From positions 1 to 64,000 of IMG/VR virus record IMGVR_UViG_3300021256_000011: a DNA stretch of 64,000 nucleotides. One strand, 5' to 3'. Every line of letters begins with the position of its first letter. Position 1 is the first letter of the stretch. Position numbers and translations under genes: made by a program. Under the pieces are notes generated by a model that was given only the letters and a program-made list of their open reading frames with translations, was not told the origin of the DNA and did no database searches. Shown piece after piece: positions 58,601 through 64,000 of the stretch. The stretch is from a virus (Duplodnaviria > Caudoviricetes).

Positions 58601-61600
58601 GGCATGTGTGCAAGGTCAAGGATACCATCCGTGAAATAGCCGTAAATGGTATGTCCCTCATTTGCCCTTTCCCTTATGGTAGAAAGGTCATTGATAGTGG
58701 CTTGCTTGCCATTCAGGGCTGTCTGGAGTCCGTTGACCTTCGCAATGGACAGAGCGCCGTCGGCAATACTCGTTGCAATGCTAGTCGTTCCGCTACCTGT
58801 CACTACGCCCGTAAGGGTTATGTTCTGATTGCCCTTGAGGTAGCCGTAGGTAGACGCCATATCGGGGATATGCGCAGGGTTTATCTTGACATTCGGCTTA
58901 TCCGTGTTGTTTGTGAGGGATTCCCACATACGGTTAATGTCAATTCCCCCTCCGCCTCCACCGGAGCCAACTCCCCCTGCGGTAATAAAGCCGTCGGCGT
59001 AGAAGTTGCCTATAAGGTGCCAGGCGTTGTTCTCGGCATCCCATACGAGTTTGGAGTCCTTGCTATTGTACTGTCCTCCGAGGGATATGCCCCCCTGGAT
59101 AGTGGCGAGTCCGCTTGCCGCGATGGTGCCGATACCTGCGAGGTCCTGCGATTGCGATGTCGTCTGGACCCGCGTTATTCCGATATAGAGGTTAGGTCTG
59201 CCCGTAACGGACTTGGGGACGCCATTGGCCCAGTATTCCACGCCCCAGATGCTATATGCATCTGTGCCGGAGAGCCGTGCCGCACTATTGGCAACACCGT
59301 TAGTGAAATAGCCTTGGAGGGTGCTGACATCGGAAGCCGTTCCGAAATAGCTCGCGGCGTGGTTCTCAAGGGTGGATGCGTTGGTCGCAAAGGCCACCGT
59401 GAGTTTCTTGTTAGTTCCTCCGATGGTGATGCTCAACTGGTTTGAACTGTTATCAAGGAGCGTGAAGTATTCGCCTGCCGCCATGTTGTCCACTTTGCCG
59501 AGGCCCACATCGCCTTTCGTCACAGTCACATCGGAAGTAAGGGCGTGTCCGTTGACCGTTCGGGAAGCAAGGGCGTAGGTGTTAGTATCAAGCGTCCAAG
59601 TGTTCGCCGCAGTCTTTTTGAGGAATCCGCTTTCCCCGGCGAGTCCGGCAATGGCCGTAAGGTCGGCGTCAAGGGGTTGCTTGCCATCAAGTTCATCCTG
59701 CAGCCCCGTTATCTTTGAGATTGCGAGGTTCGGCACATCAGCCGCATCCAGGTTGGCTTTCTTCGCCCAGGCATACACATCAGAAGCAGGAAGCGTTGTA
59801 GGTAGCGTCCCTAGGGTCAGGGTCAGCTTGTTGCCACTCTTACTGAAGCCGCTGACATAGTTGCCGCTTCCTGACGCCACAACGGAGTTGACATACGAGC
59901 TAAGGTCGATGCTTGTGTCACCTATCTTGGTCCACCCCGCAGTAGCGTTAGGATAGACATATTCCTCATACCTGTCAGAGCCGGACCCCGTGGGGCCGAT
60001 GAGATAGAGGACATTCGATTTGGGGTCGGTGACCGCGCTTGTCGAAGCGGCTATCTCATAGCGGAACTGATTGATTGCACCGATAAGGCTGTTAACCTCA
60101 TCCTGGGTGTAGGTCTCCGTCTTGAGATAGTAGTTCGTAAGGTCGTTGACAGCTTTGGTGATGAATCCCTGCTGATTTACCCAGGACTCCGTGGCGTAAC
60201 CGGCAAGGCTCTGGTGCGCAGTAAGGACATCGTGGGAGCTGCTGCCAAGGGTTATCCTGATCTTGTCGGCGACACCTGCGGAACTGAACTTGGCGTCGGT
60301 AATGCCATAGCCCGCAAGGGTCGTGGGCTTAGAGCCTATCTCCGAGAAGTCATACGAAGGCTTTGTGTCAGCCAAGGCCCAGTCGCTGATTCCGAGAGTG
60401 GACTTGATGTTGGCCTGTGTGAAGTTGGCCGCATTGAACGGAGTGTATCCCAAGGCAGTTGTTACCATTGCCGAGGTGATGCCGGAGATATAACCGGCAT
60501 CATTGGTAAAGGCCGATACTACGGTGGGAACCACTGGATAGGCCGGGAGCGAAACAACGCCGTTCGTGTCCGGGGCGTACTGAGAGCTTCCCACATCTAC
60601 CCGGGTAACTGTGCCGAGCGTCTGCCCGACTACGCTGAGAATGCCATCGGCGTCAATGGAAAGGCCGTTACCCACCCTGATGCCACCGAGGGCGTTTGCG
60701 GATGCTTTGGGAAGAGTATATATGGTATCCGTCAGTTTGTATCCGGCGGCTGTAAGGGCGTCCGCAATTTGTGTCGTAGTCACATCCCCTTCGATACCGG
60801 CGACGGAACTGACGCCCGTCACGAGAGCATCAACCACGGAGGCCGCAGCAAAGTAGTTCGCATCATGACCGCCCAGGCGGACAGCGTTATATGCGGAGCC
60901 TCCAACGAAATAGCCTTCAAGGACACCGAGGCGGCCGAAGATGCCATCCAGAGACTGCGCTTTCAGCAATGTCTTGGATACGCCATTGACGGAAAGAGCT
61001 ACCTGGTTGGCGGATTCCGCGCCCCAGAGGACCGTCCCCGTCACCCCGGGGTCATCTATTGTTATCTCCTCGCCGGACTCAGGATCCACATAGGATAGGT
61101 CGTTTCCGTCCAGGAGGTTACGAGCCCTGTCAATGACAGTGGGAATTTCCGGTGTACCGCTTATCTGGGAATATGGTATAATCGGAATGTGCGCGATGTG
61201 TATTTTTACATCCGGTTTATCCGTGTTGTTTGCCAAGGACTCCCAAACCCTATCAAGGTCCACTCCTCCTCCTCCGCCGCCACCGCCGGAACCGACTCCG
61301 CCGGCAGTAATGGCGCCATAGGAATAGAAGTTACGGGCCACAAGCGAGCCCTCCACGGTCTTTCTGCGGACATAGACATCTCCGTTGGCGTCCTCATCAA
61401 ACCAGCTTATGATTCTTCTGACAGCCGTAATCAACTCAGTAACAGAGTCGCCTGTCAGCGATTCGAGCTTTACATCTCCGCTGATAATCACCGCGTCGCC
61501 ATCCCAGCGGATGCCGGGGATATGGCCGCTGCCGTTCTTATCCCAGCCGATGTTGCCGGAGGCGAGGTAGCCTGAGCCGTCGAAGCGGAACAAAGACTTT

Positions 61601-63999
61601 GCGAAGTTCGTCGCCGTATCGTCGGCCTCATGGTCCACCATAGGGCCGCCATACCAGGCCGCTATGCTTTTGAGAGGGTCCGCGAGGTCAGTATCCAGTA
61701 GTCCGTTAATACCGGACATCACATTGTAGACGCCTCCATTATTGTAGCCGAGTTGAATCAAGCTTGTTAGGACCAGGCCGCCGTCGATAAGTGTGCCCTG
61801 GTTGGTCGCTTGCTTCAGATACTGCAGCCCGGCCATTCCTTCTTTTAAGGTCTGAATGTCATTTAGGGCCTGGGCAAGTTCCTCGTCGGACAGGCGCATC
61901 CAGTAGAAGGCGCCGTCGTTCGGAAGCCTCGTGTAGCGATAGCCCTGGCCGGTTAGGTCGTCAACATAGATGTCACCGAAGTGCTTGAGCCTGGTAGCAT
62001 CGTCGGTCCAGCCGTTGGCCGGGGCGTTGGCTGTAGACGGGTCCACCTGCCCCTGCTCGTCTTTTGCGGGAAGAGGCTGGCCGTTGCCGGACCAGGACTG
62101 GATTTGACCGTCTATCTGGGCCTGCAGCGAATCCGTCAACTGCTTTTCTGCTGCGATATAATCGGCCATTGACTGGTAGGTCCCGTCAGACCTCATCACC
62201 GTCAATCTGCCCTTGATGTTAAGCCTGCCGTTCGTGTATTCGGCAAACTCCCCGGCAGCGTCCCCGACAAACCAGCGGGGCCCCTGACCGGACTGACGGC
62301 CAGCGAAATAATACTCGTCGCCGTCAGCCGTGACAGTAGAAAGGCCAGACAGCATTCGCTCGTACCCACCTCCGATCACATCTCGGATGATAACATACTG
62401 TCTGGCACTGTTCGTATCATTACCATACTGGACAATGACATCCCCTTCCTGAGGAATGCCGGCGCCATCTTTGACTGACTTGGATAGCTTTATGTAGTCT
62501 ACTCCCACCTCATCGACACGGAAGCGGTAGTAGCGCAGCTCCAGATTCTCCGGATCAAACTGCTGGCCCATAGCGAAGTCGCCCACCTCAAAGAGGTTGG
62601 CCACTGACCCCTGCTTCTGGTCGAAATAGCAGTAGTAATAGTCGCCGTCATCTACGACCTGCGTGCAGTTGATGGATGCCGCTGAGAGAACCTGCTTGCC
62701 GCCGATATAGGTAATCTGGTTAGCGACAAGCGAATTGACCCTCATCTCCTTGCGGATAATGAGCTTATCCAGCTCGAGAACGGAGTCACCGTCGCCATCT
62801 TCATAATGGCCCCAACCGGCGCCACCGATGTCACCCTGGCGGAAATTACGCGAAGATATCTTGCTGGCAAAGACTGTGGGCGATATGGATGTGTCCGACT
62901 CGCCCGTCTTCTTCAGGAACAGGGGAGACGCCACCCGGCGGACCACAGCCTCAATGTCTGCGGTCTTTGCATAGGTGGAGCGCACAATCTGCATCTCGTT
63001 GCTCAGCTTGCCTATGGGATTGCTGACGGCCAGGACTTTATCGGAGAGCACAACCTCGATGTTCGGAACCTGGTCCCCTTCGTTCCATGTGTAGGTGATA
63101 GACTGGACATAAAGAGTCAGGGCCTGGCCCCGGGTAAACCTACGGTCCAGAGTCCTCACCATGCAGCCTGCGGAGAGCCTGTCAGCCAGGAGGACGCCGT
63201 AGTCTTCATCTTCCAGAGTGTGGACGCGAATCTTATCGAGGTTGATGACCCACACCGGGTTAATCTCTTTCGTCTCTTCCAGCTTTGCGACCTTCGCCTT
63301 ATTGACCTCCTCCTCGGCCCATACGACATACTGGTTTGGCATGTCGATGCCGATGAAGAAGAAGTGGTCACCGGCGGTCGGCTTGCCACCAGTCTTCGAG
63401 TTCGGAATATACAGCCCGGTGGCATCGAATTCGGCATCCGACTTGCGGAGGGTTATCTTCCACTCCGAGGGGACCCCGTTGATGCTCTTGGTCCTGTCGG
63501 GAACGGGGTAAGAGACAATGGGGAATTCGTAATCCTGCGATACGGCCATGAAGCCGTCAGAGAAAACCACTTTGGCCTCGCCCCCCGTACGGTCCCCGAG
63601 AATAGGGGCCCATACTCGTTCTGCATAGGCTTGGTCGGATTCGCTGGCGCCTTGCGTCGTCGCCCAGATGTTCTTAATCCATATATCGAAAGTAGGCTTC
63701 CAGGCGTCAGCGTTCTCATCGGACATGACAACCTTCAGCGAATTGAGGCCGTAGGTGCCTTGGATAGAGGATTGAGTGCTGGCGTTGGTTACGGTCAGCG
63801 TCACCCTGACAATGTAGTGACCGGAAGGGATGCCTGCTGCGGGCACGATGTCTCCAGTCTGGACGTTTTCGACCGTGACGACGCCAGGACTGGTATCCAG
63901 GACAAGTAGCGCCGGTGCCGGAAGCAGCCAGTCGAACTCAATGTTGCCAATCTTGCCTTCGGGGATATAGAACTCATTGGACCTTAGGCCGTCAGTATT
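55627..63999 (-). CDS. giant tail (tip/fibre) protein, >2790 aa, 5' end outside the window
   Basis: Frame stays open from 63999. Tail-spike-like N-terminal part, then internally duplicated fibre modules. Confidence 0.8.
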   Translation of the reverse strand, partial: NTDGLRSNEFYIPEGKIGNIEFDWLLPAPALLVLDTSPGVVTVENVQTGDIVPAAGIPSGHYIVRVTLTVTNASTQSSIQGTYGLNSLKVVMSDENADAWKPTFDIWIKNIWATTQGASESDQAYAERVWAPILGDRTGGEAKVVFSDGFMAVSQDYEFPIVSYPVPDRTKSINGVPSEWKITLRKSDAEFDATGLYIPNSKTGGKPTAGDHFFFIGIDMPNQYVVWAEEEVNKAKVAKLEETKEINPVWVINLDKIRVHTLEDEDYGVLLADRLSAGCMVRTLDRRFTRGQALTLYVQSITYTWNEGDQVPNIEVVLSDKVLAVSNPIGKLSNEMQIVRSTYAKTADIEAVVRRVASPLFLKKTGESDTSISPTVFASKISSRNFRQGDIGGAGWGHYEDGDGDSVLELDKLIIRKEMRVNSLVANQITYIGGKQVLSAASINCTQVVDDGDYYYCYFDQKQGSVANLFEVGDFAMGQQFDPENLELRYYRFRVDEVGVDYIKLSKSVKDGAGIPQEGDVIVQYGNDTNSARQYVIIRDVIGGGYERMLSGLSTVTADGDEYYFAGRQSGQGPRWFVGDAAGEFAEYTNGRLNIKGRLTVMRSDGTYQSMADYIAAEKQLTDSLQAQIDGQIQSWSGNGQPLPAKDEQGQVDPSTANAPANGWTDDATRLKHFGDIYVDDLTGQGYRYTRLPNDGAFYWMRLSDEELAQALNDIQTLKEGMAGLQYLKQATNQGTLIDGGLVLTSLIQLGYNNGGVYNVMSGINGLLDTDLADPLKSIAAWYGGPMVDHEADDTATNFAKSLFRFDGSGYLASGNIGWDKNGSGHIPGIRWDGDAVIISGDVKLESLTGDSVTELITAVRRIISWFDEDANGDVYVRRKTVEGSLVARNFYSYGAITAGGVGSGGGGGGGGVDLDRVWESLANNTDKPDVKIHIAHIPIIPYSQISGTPEIPTVIDRARNLLDGNDLSYVDPESGEEITIDDPGVTGTVLWGAESANQVALSVNGVSKTLLKAQSLDGIFGRLGVLEGYFVGGSAYNAVRLGGHDANYFAAASVVDALVTGVSSVAGIEGDVTTTQIADALTAAGYKLTDTIYTLPKASANALGGIRVGNGLSIDADGILSVVGQTLGTVTRVDVGSSQYAPDTNGVVSLPAYPVVPTVVSAFTNDAGYISGITSAMVTTALGYTPFNAANFTQANIKSTLGISDWALADTKPSYDFSEIGSKPTTLAGYGITDAKFSSAGVADKIRITLGSSSHDVLTAHQSLAGYATESWVNQQGFITKAVNDLTNYYLKTETYTQDEVNSLIGAINQFRYEIAASTSAVTDPKSNVLYLIGPTGSGSDRYEEYVYPNATAGWTKIGDTSIDLSSYVNSVVASGSGNYVSGFSKSGNKLTLTLGTLPTTLPASDVYAWAKKANLDAADVPNLAISKITGLQDELDGKQPLDADLTAIAGLAGESGFLKKTAANTWTLDTNTYALASRTVNGHALTSDVTVTKGDVGLGKVDNMAAGEYFTLLDNSSNQLSITIGGTNKKLTVAFATNASTLENHAASYFGTASDVSTLQGYFTNGVANSAARLSGTDAYSIWGVEYWANGVPKSVTGRPNLYIGITRVQTTSQSQDLAGIGTIAASGLATIQGGISLGGQYNSKDSKLVWDAENNAWHLIGNFYADGFITAGGVGSGGGGGGIDINRMWESLTNNTDKPNVKINPAHIPDMASTYGYLKGNQNITLTGVVTGSGTTSIATSIADGALSIAKVNGLQTALNGKQATINDLSTIRERANEGHTIYGYFTDGILDLAHMPLDDRLSYVDPEAGEEITIEDAGETGTVLWGAESANQVSLSVNGVSKTLLKAQSLDGINSRLGVLEGYFIGGAAYNAIRLGGHDSNYFATATDLDALEVVVSGKQDTISDLATIRSQAAHGETAYGWGNHASAGYLTSVPTASADTLGLIKVGSGLVINNGVLSVTGQTQGTVTRVDVGSTQYSPDVNGVVGLPAYPTSLPASDVYAWAKAENKPSYAFSEISGKATASQVPNIESLANFGTRVYDATASRNANTVLAAPNGTNGAASFRALVAADIPSLTTAKISDLETWISGKAYITKAVNDLTNYYLKSEVESLIGAINQFHYEIYATLPATGEGNVLYLIGPSGSGADKYEEYVYANSTWTKIGETTIDLSSYVNSVVASGTGNYVAGFSKSGNTLTLTMGTLPTTIALANVTGADDLKAIEALTATSGYLKKTAANTNTWALVTDLTGVTAINTTDLAFGNNITVGRTLVPSGNLDLGSEQSPWDYIYGTHMIAHEVNIGPLEIYYDRNNDQGSIYIDDECSLGLSTHYGRIIIQDDSIEIGHNDTTHGFISLDSPTEVSGKLTITNKSNLASLFFGGESFYIRNNNGTFESNLSTVGTITSGVWHGTAIERAYLESGVQTSLGKADTAYQKPSAGIPKTDLASAVQTSLGLADTAVQPATLSEAISNVSGRVTTIENWFLSPELDELTVTSLNVIDVINGEAKSATRLSGTSAYSIWGVEYWADGVPKSVTGQPTLYIGTTRVQTSSQAQNLTGIGSITATGALTLSTTKRIYFGDTDHYLELDSTGFHFSHGVYSEGFMTAGGQGSGGGGSSIDLNRVWESLTNNTDFPNVTINPAHIPNITTDKVTDIETWISGKNYLTGNQSITLSGDVSGSGATSIAVTIGDGKVTNAKLANSYITIAGTSVSLGGVITAANLRSLLSINNVENTALSTWVGTDKITTLGTITTGVWNGSKITQDYLDDIGWNFVRNAATYDTEDYIHINS

Positions 64000-64000
64000 A

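Noticed and set aside
52590-63999. Diversity-generating retroelement acting on tail genes
   Set aside because: No reverse transcriptase in the window, and repeat copies differ at all base types rather than only at adenines.
1-64000. Stop-codon reassignment or introns/inteins in core genes
   Set aside because: Terminase, portal, capsid, helicases and tail genes are uninterrupted in the standard code, and TAG/TGA are used as real stops.

Overview
The whole window is part of a large tailed dsDNA phage (siphovirus-like) of a Bacteroidota host. Support: repeated Bacteroidota sigma-A promoters (TTTG-N19/20-TAnnTTTG), no Shine-Dalgarno motifs, a DUF3127-like gene, standard genetic code and no host housekeeping genes. 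Layout: (1) 1-10.8 kb, minus strand: tail/neck genes, major capsid, decoration protein, scaffold, portal, large terminase, a free-standing homing endonuclease and a candidate small terminase. (2) 10.8-26 kb, minus strand: replication, recombination and modification genes (VRR-NUC, HNH, SF2 helicase, C5 methyltransferase, YqaJ exonuclease, clamp-like, PAPS-reductase family, primase, D5 helicase, MazG). (3) 26.0-27.1 kb: non-coding control region with divergent promoters and several repeat families, a likely origin and/or genome end. (4) 27.2-45.5 kb, plus strand: many small early/accessory genes plus a serine recombinase. (5) 45.5-64 kb, minus strand: an uncharacterised operon, lysis genes, a chaperone-bearing tail fibre and a giant repeat-built tail protein that runs off the window. 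The most unusual signal is in non-coding RNA. Three tRNA-shaped genes have intact acceptor, D and T arms, but all three have non-decoding anticodon arms (loops of 4, 17 and 12 nt). Two 34-nt acceptor-like hairpins ending in NCCA lie between two of them, and a ~600-nt structured RNA candidate sits at the head of the early region. All protein family calls are motif recognition by eye, not database searches.
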